Assembly: GCA_010356995.1 (NCBI GenBank)
Contig: ML996687.1
Location: 807,803-871,802, forward strand
Source: Trichodelitschia bisporula
Taxonomy: Eukaryota
DNA: 64,000 nucleotides
Direction of reading: 5' to 3'
In this document: piece by piece, positions 37,603 through 50,043 of the stretch
Position numbering within the stretch: the stretch's first letter is position 1
Layout of the letters: every line of letters starts with the position of its first letter
Program-made: the position numbers and the translations under genes
Notes under the pieces: generated by a model
The model's input: the letters and a program-made list of their open reading frames with translations, nothing else
Database searches by the model: none
Told to the model about the DNA's origin: nothing

Positions 37603-38449
37603 ATGGCTTCTTCGCTCGACCAACTACCTCCTGAAAAAATCGATGAACTCTTGCAACAGGCAGAAGGGCGCTTAAAGGCTGGAGAGACCACCTGCCCGAA
37701 TGCTGCGACTGTTAAAACCAGATTTCCCAAGCTGGACGTCGGCACCCTCCCCACCCCGTATGTTCAGCAGTCCGGACCGGTCGTGTGTGCCGACAGCAAG
37801 GCGCTCGTCCCGTCTTCACAGCGGACGGTTTCAGAGAAGCCCAGGACGCTCGTTGACCCAGTTCTAGTGCGCCAAAGACGCAAAAACGGTATGTTCTTTG
37901 CATACCTTTCCGAATATGCTGTGAGGAAAATTACCCAATTCTTCTTGACGCGGTGCCCGGAACCGTTTTGGTCTCCTTGCCGCAACCTATGAGAGATTAT
38001 TTTCATAGTTACTCTGAGCATCAAACAATCCATTCATTTTACTCCTTCCTTCGTTGGATCGTTACTGACAACCCGAAGCCCCAGATACTCTTCCAGACTG
38101 GTACAACATTCCACGGACAAATTTGACAACTGAACTCAAACGGGACCTCCAACTGCTCAATATGCGCTCGGTTCTCGATCCGAAAAGGATGTACAAAAAG
38201 CAGGGAAAGTTCAAGATACCCGAATACTCTCAAGTTGGTCAAATTGTCGAGGGGCCGACAGAATTCTACAGCGCTCGGTTGAGGAATAAGGATCGGAAGG
38301 AAACTTTTGTGGAAGATGCCTTGGCCGGCGAGGTCGAAACTGGACGGTTCAAGAGGAAGTATGAAGAAGTCCAGACCAAAAAGACAAGCGGCAAGAAGGC
38401 CTTCTACAAAGCACTCAAGGCCAAGCGAAGCAAGCATGGCAAAGGTTGA
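37603..38449 (+). CDS. FCF2: Pre-rRNA processing protein Fcf2
   Basis: After intron 37889-38084: DWYNIPRTNLTTELKRDLQLLNMRSVLDPKRMYKK...QVGQIVEGPTEFYSARL. Confidence 0.9.
37916..38021 (+). ncRNA. snR63: Intronic box C/D snoRNA, snR63/SNORD46-type, predicted guide for LSU rRNA Am2256 (yeast numbering)
   Basis: Terminal stem ATGCT (37916-20) / AGCAT (38017-21). C box GTGAGGA (37921-27) and D box CTGA (38014-17). The guide TCATAGTTACT directly upstream of D is the reverse complement of conserved LSU AGUAACUAUGA. Confidence 0.85.
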
Positions 38450-39348
38450 ACGCTGCTGCACGCAGGTACGCTTGCCACCATTCTCGACCAATCTTCAGCT
38501 TCAAAGCGGAACACACTATTAAAAGCTACATTGCCCTTATGCCGCCTTACCAGCACCGTCTCATTTTACAGCCGCTACGGATGTAGTTGAATGGGCATTC
38601 GATGAAATTGGTACATGGGCTTACGCTACATGCACGCAGAATATCTTGAGATATTCGGCTTCGTGCCTAGGAAGTGAAGAGCCGAAGGATGGGTTCAGAG
38701 GAGTTATGCTAGCATTGAGCGGGATTCCCTTGGCGACGGCCCAGGGATGCCATTGTAGATGCATGCAATCGAGCACAGTGAACATACTCCTTAAACGGAC
38801 TGTCATATCAAGAACACTTGAGCTGGAATGCCATCTGGCGTCCCAGTTCACATTGCAGTTGACTTTGCAAACGGAACATACCACGTGATAAGATGCCTTG
38901 TGCTTACCGAAGATTCCACGCAGAATGTGTGACTAATCATTCCAGGCTTGGCAGAGGCGCGGGTCCTTGAACGGCAGCGGTATTCACTCTTCTTCTCTTC
39001 TACTCTTCGTCCGTCACCATCACATCGTCTCGCACAAACCGCCGTCTCCTTTCGGATCCCCACTTGCGAGCTGACGGACATCGAAATTACGCACTGCCAC
39101 CTTCGCTTGCTTAATCCTCCGCCAATCGAGAGGCGGCACCGTCACTGCATCGAGGCGCTTCTTGCGACGACTCCTGGAGGCACGCCTTCTTCCACTCGTT
39201 AGTCACAGCGAGCACGTCTGCAAGAAGTGAATTCGACGTTCGACTGCTGGACATACAGTTAGGGAGGGAGGCGTAGATAGCAGACCCCAAGGAAGCCAAG
39301 CGGCCTCCCTTACTCCGTACCGAACGAAACCAAGAAAAGTCATCAAAG

Positions 39349-40416
39349 ATGGCGTCCACCATGACTGAAGAGCGCGCCCTCTCACCAGGAGAGGTGCCTG
39401 AGACGCAGGCCTTGACGGAAAGGCCCCAAGAGTGGGCGCAGAACCTTAACATCCACCTTGTCTGCGCCGACTGCAAGGAGTACCCGCCCAACTTGGTCGA
39501 GGAGTTTGCATCGGGCGATACGGTGTGTGGCTCTTGCGGTCTGGTTCTCCAGTCGCACGTTGTCGACACGCGCTCAGAATGGCGCACCTTCTCGAACGAC
39601 GACCAAGGCAACGATGACCCCTCGCGTATCGGTGAGGCGGCCAACCCGCTGCTCAATGGTTCACAACTTTCCACAACCATTGCCTATGGGCAAGGCGATG
39701 CGCGGAGCAGAGACCTCAACCGTGCCCAGAACAGGGCGAATGCGGACAAGACGACGAAGGCCCTGCTGGCCGCCTACAAGCAGATCGGCACACTGTGCGA
39801 CTCGTACCACCTATCGCACAGTGTGGCAGACACAGCTCGCCAGCTCTACAAGATGACGGATGACACAAAGGCGTTCAAGGGCAAGTCGCAAGACGCCATT
39901 ATCGCCAGCACAATTTTTATCTCGTGCAGGCAGAATAACGTGCCGCGTACCTTCAAGGAGATCACCTCGCTCACCAAGGTGCCTAAGAAGGAGATTGGCC
40001 GTACGTTCAAGGCCCTCGAGAAGTTCTTTCAGAAGCACACTCAAAGCACCGTGGCCAAGAACGAAACTTACACCACGACAACATCGACGAAAGCGCAGGA
40101 TCTCTGCGGGCGCTACTGCTCAGGACTCGATCTTCCGCAGCAAATCAGCGTCATTGCAGGCGAGTATGCCGACGAAATGATCAAGGCTGGTCTGTTGGCT
40201 GGTCGTTCGCCGTTATCCATCGCTGCCGTGTCCATTTACATGATGTCGCACCTGATGGGTATGCCCAAGACGCCGAAGGAGATCTCACTCGTGGCCGGTG
40301 TCAGCGATGGCACTATCCGCACCGCCTACCGACACATCTTCGAGGATCGTAAGGCTCTGATCAAGCCTGTGTGGCTTGAAAAAGGCGGCAACATGGATCT
40401 TCTACCGCAAGCTTAG
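39349..40416 (+). CDS. SUA7: Transcription initiation factor TFIIB
   Basis: Zn ribbon CADC...CGSC, B-reader VDTRSEWRTFSNDD, and two cyclin repeats (PRTFKEI, GRSPLSIAA, GVSDGTIRTAY). Intronless. Confidence 0.97.
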   Translation: MASTMTEERALSPGEVPETQALTERPQEWAQNLNIHLVCADCKEYPPNLVEEFASGDTVCGSCGLVLQSHVVDTRSEWRTFSNDDQGNDDPSRIGEAANPLLNGSQLSTTIAYGQGDARSRDLNRAQNRANADKTTKALLAAYKQIGTLCDSYHLSHSVADTARQLYKMTDDTKAFKGKSQDAIIASTIFISCRQNNVPRTFKEITSLTKVPKKEIGRTFKALEKFFQKHTQSTVAKNETYTTTTSTKAQDLCGRYCSGLDLPQQISVIAGEYADEMIKAGLLAGRSPLSIAAVSIYMMSHLMGMPKTPKEISLVAGVSDGTIRTAYRHIFEDRKALIKPVWLEKGGNMDLLPQA

Positions 40417-40931
40417 TCTTGATATCGGAGGGCGGGCTCATAGACGGCTGGGTACGGAGATTTCTTCGATCTTTGGGATTTGCGAATGCTCTTATGCTGG
40501 GGCGAGTGTTGTGGCAGTGGGTCTAGGTTGGCGTCGACCGGAGCACGGTGTTCGGATGGCGCTGGGAGGGCTTGGTGCTATGCTTTTGTAAGGGCTTGAC
40601 GCAGACATGACGACGTGGTGGGGTGATGGCATGAAGGTCGAGGCAAAGCGGGCGGACGGAACCATTAAATTGGACAACTGGCTCATCTGTTGTTTAGACT
40701 GGCTGTCGGCAGCAAGTAAATTGATAGCTGGAGGTTTAAGGTGCGGGTATTTGCAAGTGTTAAAGTGTGAATGCGCATGTAACAAAAACCTGGCCATATT
40801 GCTCTTTCGTATACCTATCGCGATTGCCGCTCTATCTCCCCGCCGGCCCACTCCCGTACGGCAAAACAAAGCAAGGCAAGTAAGTCTAACAAACAAAAGC
40901 ACATAACTTTTCAGGACTTCCTCTCCCCTAT

Positions 40932-42405
40932 TCATTCGAGCTGCAGCAGCGCACGCACGCTGGGATCGCTAGACACATACACGACTGAGTGTTTGTCGGT
41001 AAAACCGTTGAACCTGGTAGCGGAGCACTTGGTGTATGCTGGTTGCTGTTAGCTGTGGTTCATCTAGAGACAACTCCGATAAACTCACCACCCATATCCT
41101 CAAAGTACATCCAGTCACCTGTCTGGATGACTTCCGGAAAGGAGCAGGCCTGGGCGATGCAGTCGATGCCATCGCACGTCGGTCCCCAGATGGAGTAGTC
41201 GACCATGTTGGGCGTCTCGTAGCCGCTGGAGTGAGCGGCATACAGGAAACGATCGCCTGCACGCAGGATACGTGGTACCGGGTTCTGGTGGTCGAAGATG
41301 ATGCTGGAGAAGTTGCCGTAAACGCCATCGTTGAGGTACAGCATATACGACGACGTACCCAAGGTAGGGTCATTGACCGTCCGGCGCGCAATCACGTGGC
41401 ACGCAAGCGTGAAGGCCGACGAGACATAGAAGCGGCCCGGTTCGCCAATGATGCGGATGTGCGGCGGAAAATAGCAGTCGAGCGCGCTCGACAGCACGGC
41501 TGCCATATCCTCGAAGGAGGCGTCGCTGCAGAAGCCACCTCCGACGTCGAGCGTGTGCATGGCAAAGCCTAGGTCGGCGGCCTGGTCGAAGACGACACGT
41601 GCGTCTTGCACCGCCTTGAGGAAAGCCTTGGGGTCGGAGGCGCCGGAGCCGATATGGAAGGCAACACCAACGACATTGAGGCCGAGGGCGTGCGCCAACT
41701 CGAGAAGATCACGGGTGTTGTCGAGTGACGCGCCGAACTTGAGGCTTAGCGGGCAAAGACTGGCCGAGTCGTCGGTCAGAATGCGCAGGTACAGCTCGGC
41801 GTCGGGCAGGAGCTGCTTGGTTTTGTAAAGCTCGTCGGCATTGTCGAAGGTGAGCTGTCTGACGCCGTTCTGAGCAGCGTAGCGGAGGTGGGACTTGGTC
41901 TTGCAGGGCTGCGCGTAGATGATGCGCGCGGGGTCAATGCCCATCTGGAGGACCTGCTCCATCTCGGCCTTGGAGGCGCAGTCGAAGCCGGTGCCGAGTT
42001 CGGCCAACAAGCGGAGAACCTGTGGATCCGGGTTACATTTGACCGCTGGTGATGTTAGCAAGTCACGCGACGAAAGAAAAACTTTGGTAACGGGATACCA
42101 TAATGCGGTTTGACGCGGCCAAGGTTCAGCTTCCACCTCAGGTGCTGGCGATAGACCTCGCCAAGGTCGGCAACAAAGAAGGCATCTTCGTCACCTACAT
42201 CGCACGTATCGTGATCGATGGTGGAGATGCGACATTCAAGGGCCTGAGAAATCAGGCGCTTAGCTTCAGTCAAGCCATGATTTATAGGGCGCAGCAAGTC
42301 CAAGTCGCTGCTACTTGCGTCTAAAACCGGTGGTGGCGGTGTTGGTGGGGTCGTTTGCAAAGGCAAATCGATGTAATCGTTAGACGTAAGAGCAGAAGGT
42401 GCCAT
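40932..42405 (-). CDS. SPE1: Ornithine decarboxylase
   Basis: AFFVADLG, PHY|AVKCN (PLP Lys), GFDCAS, LSLKFGA, FHIGSG, LDVGGGF, EPGRF, WGPTCDGID, MG|AYT...FNGF. Ends LQLE*. Two introns. Confidence 0.96.
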
Positions 42406-42474
42406 AACCCGGGGCAGCCCGCTCCTGGTTGTGTGGGTTTGCGATAGAAAGGGTAGAGTCGGGTAGTAGCAGTG

Positions 42475-42672
42475 TTAGGGGGGCCGGAACGGCTCGAAGC
42501 GGTTACTCGACGACAGACGAGGCCTCCTCGACTCTTCCTCAGAGAGAGGAAGAAGTCCAAAGGGCGTCCTATGCGGCAGCTGGAAGATTGGAGACACTTG
42601 GGAGCTTGGGGGAAGCGGAACAGGAATCAAGACGCCTGGGGGATGTCGGAACGGAGGCGCCAAGTGCGGGAT
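42475..42672 (-). promoter_or_regulatory. Non-AUG upstream ORF (uCC-like) in the ODC leader
   Basis: Stop-free frame ending ...SNRFEPFRPP-TAA about 70 nt before the ODC ATG. Only near-cognate starts are available (ATC 42672, TTG 42663). No ATG between the TATA box and 42405. Confidence 0.7.
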
Positions 42673-42831
42673 ATTTTGGTGATGTGTGATATTGGCGGGG
42701 AGAGGAACACCCGGAAGCGAGGGGAAGCCAAAGAGGAAGAGAAGAAAGAGAAAGATGCTGGGGGGGAGGGAAGCGGGGAGGGAAGAGAAGGGGGGAAGGG
42801 AGGGGGGGAACGGGTTGGATAGTATGCGGGC

Positions 42832-42840
42832 TTTTTATAT
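42832..42840 (-). promoter_or_regulatory. TATA box of SPE1 followed by a CT-rich initiator tract
   Basis: ATATAAAAA on the minus strand, then about 100 nt of pyrimidine-rich sequence (42720-42810). Confidence 0.65.
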
Positions 42841-44202
42841 TGAAACCCGTAATAGCGCGTGGGTGAGTGGGCAGGCGTACGAGCGGTTCCGGTGACTTGC
42901 GGGTTTGAGGCACCGAAACCTGCAAGGCTGTCGATCGTCTACTGAAGCACGATCAAAGGCGTGTTTGGCTGAATAAGTGGGCTTTTTGATGGGAGAAGGG
43001 ATTTTACGGAATACAGGGAACGAGGTTCTGGAGAGAGAGCAGAGGGGGTGCTGGGAGTGGGAGGAGAAGGAGGAGAGCAGAGGTGAGAAGGCCGGGATGG
43101 GAGGGGATGTGAGAGGATATGAGGGGATGAGTCGTTTTTGGTGAGGAAGGCGAAGAGAGTCAACAGATTGGGGAAGGGGGAGGGATGGAGAATGGCGGTG
43201 GAGAGGATGAGAGAATTTTTTTGTGGTGTTCGCTTCGGCCTGGCCCGGAGGCCCACACACAAGAAGCTGATGTGTGTACTCCGTACTACGTACCGTACCA
43301 TATCCCTGACTACCAGGACTACATGCCGTACCGGACACTATTATTTTGGCATTTGGGTGAGTGTTGTGAGTACCGCCGTCCGTGTGCCTTTCGGTACCTG
43401 TCGTAAGGTCCTTTCGCAACAGTGAGTGAAGTTACAGCAGGATGATACTAATATAGCTCGGCAGCCAGTCAACAGAGTGGTGATACGATACGGTGCTCCG
43501 TACATATACAAATAGGGTTGGGTGTTCGCATGTTCTCCTCCTCCCTCCCTCGAGCTCACCATAACTAAAGAGCGAGTGTGGCAACTCTCTCCTCCCTCTC
43601 TCTACTTTACTACGTTGCGTATGTACATCCGTATCTTGCAAGTATATATTGCCTGTTCAGTCCTTTGCTGCTGTTACCCGGCAGTCCCGCTGCATCGCCA
43701 CATCGCCACTCCCAGCAATCCACGTGACTCCTAGGGCGCGAAAGAGAGACCTCAATCGCCGATTACCGGATTGATGCCTTGTGGCTGCCTCGGGAACCTC
43801 TTTAGTCCTTACTGCCTCGGGCCGCAACGCACATGGGGACCATCAGCATCACATGCCAGATTCAAACCCTCCAAAAATGCCTCCCCGCTGCGCATGGCTT
43901 GGCCTACGTCACCGGGTCACGTTGTACAACCTACACGGCCCAAGGGCCCATACGTGCAGGAAGAAAGAGGGGTGTTGCAGTGTACGTCATGAGGCTGAAT
44001 ATGCTGCCCCGCTCCTTCCTCCGGCCAAGGTCATTCATCGTCGTGCTTCACGCGTACCGTACCCGTACTAGCTTCAAGTTTCACAATCCGCAAGCTTATT
44101 TAACCAGCTTTCCTCCCACTCTTTTATTTCCCTCACACAAGAACTCCAGCAACTCTTACCAACACTCCTCAATTTCAAATCCCAAACCAAACCCTCATCA
44201 TC

Positions 44203-44814
44203 ATGTCTTCCAACACCAACACCAACAAGGACCAGACCTCCACCCTTCAGTCGTATGTCGACTCGGCCAAGGGCGTCGCCCAGTCCCTCCTCGGTTCTGC
44301 CACCGGTAGCACTGCCGACAAGGCCCAGGCCGAAGACCGCAAGGCCACCGCCAACGCTGAGCACGACCTGTCCCACGCCGCCGCCAAGGCTGGTCCCTTT
44401 ACCGTCTCTTCATCCGGTGCCGTTGCCCAAGACGACCCCAACCGCAGCCAGGGCTCCTGGAACCAGACTGTCGGTGCGGGCAAGGAGTTTGTCGGTAATC
44501 TCGTCGGCGCTGAGGGCCTGAAGCGCGAGGGCATCCAGCAAAACCGTGAGGGCAAAGGCCAGGAGGCTCAGGGACAACTGAGCGATCTCGGCACGGGTAT
44601 CACTGATCGGTGAGCACTTCCTACCCAAAGAAAAAAGAAAAGAACTTCGGAGCAGTACGTGCTAACACATACAAGGGCTTCGGGTGCCATTGGCAGCGCA
44701 GTCGCTGGTCTCACCGGCAATACGGAAGAGCAGAAGCGTCGGCAGAACCAGCACGACACTGGCAAGACTCTGCAGCGCGGTGTTGAGGCCGACCTCCAAA
44801 AGCAGGACCAATAA
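44203..44814 (+). CDS. CsbD-like/Hmp1-like hydrophilic stress protein
   Basis: STLQSYVDSAKG, GSWNQTVGAGKEFVGNLVG, GQEAQGQLSDLG. After an intron, QHDTGKTLQRGVEADLQKQDQ*. Strongly biased codons. Confidence 0.8.
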
Positions 44815-45118
44815 ATGTGCAGCCTCGCAGTCATGCCGCGCGGTCTGGGAGTTTAGAGAGGCGTTAGGTACCCAGATACCCTAGGACTTTGCTATCAGAG
44901 AACATGTCTTTTACACAGCATTGAATGAAGTTATGGCTTGATTCCCTCTATGACGTTTTTCAATTATTAATCCTGTAGACGCTGGGTATAGTAGTAGCAA
45001 ATGTGACGCTTGAACAAAATCACCACCAGCTTGAACCGATGTGCACACAAAATGCTAGCACAATCGCTTCCCCTCAACTCGATGAACCAACCTAAGAAAG
45101 GTCCTAGAGGCTGCTGCC

Positions 45119-46416
45119 TTACTCTGGTTTGCCCGCCTCTGGTACAGTTTCCAACTCGGGGGCCTCCGTCGCCGCCGTGACAGGCTTGGGAGTCTTCACT
45201 GGTGTCTCTACCTTGGCTGTCTCCTCCACACCCTTGGCGAGCTTGACCGTCTCCGAGACTGAATCGAGCGCGCCAGCCTTTCCGCCGTATTCCTTGGGGA
45301 TGTCGGGACCAAGCTCCGACGTAAGGCTGGTACCATAGCTGATGACGCTAAACTTCTTGGTCGTGGCCGAAGGGAGCAAGGCCTTGAAGAAGGTAAAGAG
45401 CCAGCTCATGACAAGAGGAACGTTGAGGAAAAACTTTTTGCTCAGCGTCTCAGGATAGTACTTGCTGAAGAGGTCAATTGTCTGCTTGGATGCGGCCTTG
45501 ATGTGGGGATCCTGGCGCAAGAAGCTGATACTTTTGTAGTCATGTACTTGGATGCCCTGGTACTGGTCGGCACCCTTGCCGAAGTCGGGGATAGGCTCTG
45601 TGGCGGTAGCGAGACTGAGCTTAGAGATGCCGAGCTCCATGAGTGCGACGCGCCAGCGAAGAAAACTGCATGCACTGGTTAGTACCTAAATCCCATGAGA
45701 TAGGGCTGTCACACGTACGTGTCGACATTTCCAAAGGTCTTCTGGATATCCTTGACCGCGCCGTAGACATTGTAGGTCACCACTTCCTTGTCCTTGGTGC
45801 TGCCCGGAACCTTCTCGACCAATGTCACGAACCCAAGCCCGCCGAATAGCTCCTCACTGAACGTCTCCTCCAAGGCCTTGAGAGGTTGGTACTCCTTGCG
45901 CCACTTGAGCGTCGCCAGAAGCTGTTCTTTGGCCTTTGGGACCACGTTGCTGTTTGCACGGAGGAACTTTTGGAGGATGAGCTTGGTGTGGAAGGGAGTA
46001 TCAGCTTTGAGCTGGACACCGTACACCTCGGCGTAGTCCGCCTTCTCAAGAATGGAGGGGAGTTCCTTCACCAGAAGGCTGAGCGGATGGTCGGCGTCCA
46101 GAGTCGGCCAGACGGGGCCAATAGCAGCAGCCTCGCTGCCAGCGGCAGTTTCAGCCGCCGGAGTTGCAGCGCCAGTGTCCGTCTTCTCAGGCAGCTCATC
46201 GCCAGCTGCATCGGTATGGGCCGGGATGGCCTCCTGCTTGGGAGAGGCTGCCGTGGTGGTGGCTGTCGTCGAGGCGCGAATAACTTCCTCCACCGGAGCG
46301 GCCGGGTCCTTTGGCGCCAGATCTGCTTCACCCACTGGCTCGGCAAGCTTCGGAGCATCGACGGGCTCGGGATGGGCCGCAGGCGGAACTGCTGTGGGGT
46401 TGGTAGGGGAAGACAT
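45119..46416 (-). CDS. SFH5: CRAL-TRIO phosphatidylinositol transfer protein
   Basis: YAEVYGVQL, ILQKFLRAN, TLKWRKEY, VTYNVYG, WRVALMELGI, QVHDYKSISFLR, YYPETLSKKFFLNVP. One intron. Confidence 0.9.
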
Positions 46417-47469
46417 GTCGACGAGCGGTGGTATGAAGGACGATGGCAAGAAGAGCAGCTGGCAGGTAACAGTTGAAGAACGGAGGAGGGGACGGCAGCG
46501 CGTGGGAAGTGAAGGTGAAGGTCGATAAAGGGAGAAAGATTGAGGGAGAGAGGTAACCTACTGAGGAGTGAGAGGCTTTTGGTTGGACGAGCAACGTTCC
46601 ATCCCCAAGCAACAGTTCAAGCCCCAGGCACCAAAGGGTGCTTGGAAGGCGTGGAAACCTGAGGACGACATGGTACGAGTACAAGAACAGGCGATGGGCC
46701 AAGGGCAGTCCTGTGCGGTACGTAGCTCTTGGCAAGTTGGAAATGTCAATTCCGCCTTCACGTCTTGTTGTCTTGTCGCATTGTCTTTTGGGTAGCTCGT
46801 CACGCACTCCACACCTATCGTATGTCTTTCTGATATTCTTTCATATCTGCTCTCAAAATGTGGGCTAATTGCCAGGTGGAGAAGGGTCAGCAATATATGA
46901 CCTCCTCTCTCGGTTCTTGCCGTTGCGCTGGGCCCATTTCATCCCTAAACTCTCTAGAAAAAAACAACAACTATTACTAGTTCTACTACCCCATCCCCAC
47001 TCCAACCACGCGCATCGTCGTGCCATGCTCACCTCAAATGTCCTACGGATGTACATATCTCCCCCAGCAAACAGTATCCCACACTGAACTGGGTCAAAAA
47101 GCTAGCCTCCGAACGTGTTAAATTCACTTAGTACTAGCATATACACTACACTGCTATGACACACTCCCCGGCCCTTTCCCTCACCTTCTCTCCCGGTCCC
47201 CACATGTGACGGCATCATGGCTGACCGCCGCTGGGCGCCGCCTGGCTGGCAAACGGATTTACTACGAACGTACAAGTGTGGTAAGCAAGCCATTCAGCGC
47301 ATCCTGTCCTATCCGAATCCATGGCTTTTTATCTTGTCCTGGCTCGCACTCTGCCCCCAGCGCCGAAAACGCCGAAGCGCTGCATCATCCCCGGCTTGCC
47401 CGCTCTTCAACTATTTATGCCTCCCTAGCCCATATCCTCCCCCCCCCCACCTTGATCGCATTGTGTCGC

Positions 47470-49323
47470 ATGGAACTCTCTTCCTTTCCCTTAGCTTGCT
47501 GCTCACTGCTGCTGCTTCTCATTTGCAGCTCCTGCGTGCTTGTCGTCCGTCGTCTTTTTTACTCTCCCATCGCTCACTTTCCAGGCCCTCGGCTTGCCGC
47601 TGCCACTTTCCTCTATGAGTTCTACTATGACGTTGTCCGGGATGGCCGGTACACATGGGAAATTCGGAGGATGCATCAACAATACGGTAGCTGGATACTT
47701 CCATTCGCCTCCTTCTTATTGCTCATGTTGCATTCTACCCAGGGCCTATTGTGCGAATAAACCCCTACGAACTGCATATCAGCGATCCGTATTTTTACGA
47801 TAAGATATACGTTGGCCCTACCCGGCGCACTCAGAAATGGCACTGGTCAGCCAAAATGTTTGGGTTAGTCCCGTCCCCCCAGTCCAGTCCGCCTGCCAAT
47901 TGCCCTATCAGGACCACTCGCGCATCTGTTGGGACTGTAGACCATGATGTGCATCGAATGCGCAGAGCCGCCCTCAACCCGTCCTTCTCCAAGCAGTCCG
48001 TCTCCCGTTTGGAGCCTGTGATCCAAAGATGCATTGATCGGCTGTGCGAGCGTCTGCGCGAGTTTTCAGGCACAGGCAAATACGTCAATTTGAGCAACGC
48101 CTTCACATGTTTGTCTGCCGACGTAATTGGAAGCTATGCATTCGGAAGACCCTATGGCTTCTTGGAATCCGAGGACTTCCATCCCGCATGGCGCAAGTTG
48201 ATGATGGTAAGTGTTGTTGCTTTTTCCTGCCACTATGGCCGTGGGACTCTTGAAGGCGCAGCAGCAGCTCGGGATGGCTGCGGTTGAGCACCATATCATG
48301 GTCAGCTGATATTTCCTACTTGTGCCACACTGCTGACGTCTGCGGTGTAGGACCTGAGCCGGAGCACGCATTTGATGAAGCAACTCGGCTGGGCTTATGG
48401 CCTCCTGACATGCATTCCGGAGTTTCTTGTCAACCTGGTACATCCTCTCACCAAGGAACTTTTCCGCCTCCGACGGGACATAGCTTCTCAAATCGCCAAA
48501 GTAAGGCTGATGGACAAATATGGTGGCCAGCAAGTGCCACAGACTATATTCCACGGATTATTTGCGAGTGGTTTGCCCGCTGAAGAGCTCTCGACGGAGC
48601 GCCTGACCGAAGAAGGGTTGACAATTGTTGGCGCTGGAACAGTCACCACGGCGCACACCTTGACAGTGATAGTCTTCCACCTCCTCTCGAACTCTCATGT
48701 ACTGGAGGCATTGCGAAGAGAGTTGGACGACGCTGCTGCAGAAGGGCCGGAATGGACCTGGACGAAGCTCGCTCGGCTGCCACTTCTATCCGCCGTCATT
48801 AGTGAGGGTCTACGAATGTCTTATGGCGTCTCCCATCGATTGCAACGCATTTCACCGGACTCTCCCCTCCAGTACAAACAATGGACTATCCCAGCCGGAA
48901 CGGTACGTTTCAAGTCTAGTTTTAGGGTACGTGGACTGACGCGTACAGCCTGTGAGCATGACACAAATGGACATGCACGAAAACGAAACGATCTTTCCAG
49001 AAGCTGACGCGTTTATGCCCGCGCGATGGCTGAATGAAGCACAAAGACAAGCTCTGGAGGCCGGGACCGTGCCACCTGAAGCTCGAGAAGCCCGGAAGTT
49101 TCTTGTTCCGTTCAGTCGCGGCACGAGAGCTTGCTTGGGGATTAACCTCGCGTATGCAGAGCTCCATCTGGCGATCGGTTCACTCTTCCGACCCGTTGAA
49201 TGTGGTGGGCTGGATTTGGAACTTTTTGAGACGGACAGAGACGAAGTAACGTGTGAGTTGGACTGGTTCAATCCGGCGCCGAAGCTTGGATCCAAAGGTG
49301 TGAGGGTCATCGTCCATCGGTGA
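47470..49323 (+). CDS. Cytochrome P450 (trichodiene-oxygenase/CYP58-clan-like)
   Basis: N-terminal anchor, [41 protein letters not shown], heme motif [10 protein letters not shown]. Four introns. Confidence 0.92.
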
Positions 49324-50043
49324 GGGTGCGGAATGAAGGTTGAACTTTGCCTGTGGTTGACAGAACATCAGCGCTTTTTTTCAAAGTCGGTGGAAATTTG
49401 AAGCGCATCGGGAGGCCGGCACCACCGCTAAGGCTTTTAACCGAATCTTAGGAGAATAATCTTAATGCGGGGTATCAAGGCTGAGGCTTGCGTCCCGAGC
49501 GAGCAGCAGACGTGATAGGGTAAAGACGCCATGCAGGCACGTGGCGCTGCTGGTTCGCACCCATTGCCGAGCATTGAACCCGCGCCTGCGGGCAAAAAGC
49601 GGAGATTTTTATTCAATTGAGGCAAGGTAAGCTCTGACTTCCAGGATCATCTGCATGCAACGTACAGTGAGCGTGATGCCTCCCGAAGGGAAGTTTTCTA
49701 GGAACGAAGGAGAAGCGAGCGAGTTACCTAACGTCTTCCCACGGCTGCCCCGTCTGATAAGGTCTGATCGCCCCGCTAGCTAAGTACAGTAGCTTGAAGC
49801 CGCCGGGAATATGGCCGCGATGGCAGGGGAGCTAATGCCCGGCCGGTGAATCATAAGGGGTATATAATCCGTTTGACGGGGCTTACAGGTGAATGTTGAG
49901 CGCGAGGGGTCTACTTCGTCGTCCATGAGCCAGACCACATCATTGTACTCCCCACTTTTACCAAGTTCGCCACCTAGGAAGATTCAACAGTAGCCACGCC
50001 GCTTACGTAGAAGAGCACTGCCCTGTACGTTCATCCGCCAACC

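Noticed and set aside
37928..37940. AAATTACCCAAT in the snoRNA matches an SSU rRNA segment
   Set aside because: It is the same sense as the rRNA, so it cannot act as a guide. Treated as coincidence.
39261..39310. GGGAGG/CCTCCC hairpin in the AUG-free SUA7 leader
   Set aside because: Short stem with no snoRNA boxes or other support.
19432..42405. MRI1 and SPE1 as a polyamine/methionine-salvage cluster
   Set aside because: They are about 20 kb apart with some ten unrelated genes between them, which fits chance.
48207..48350. Longer (144-nt) P450 intron as a snoRNA host
   Set aside because: No C box, terminal stem or rRNA-complementary guide was seen.
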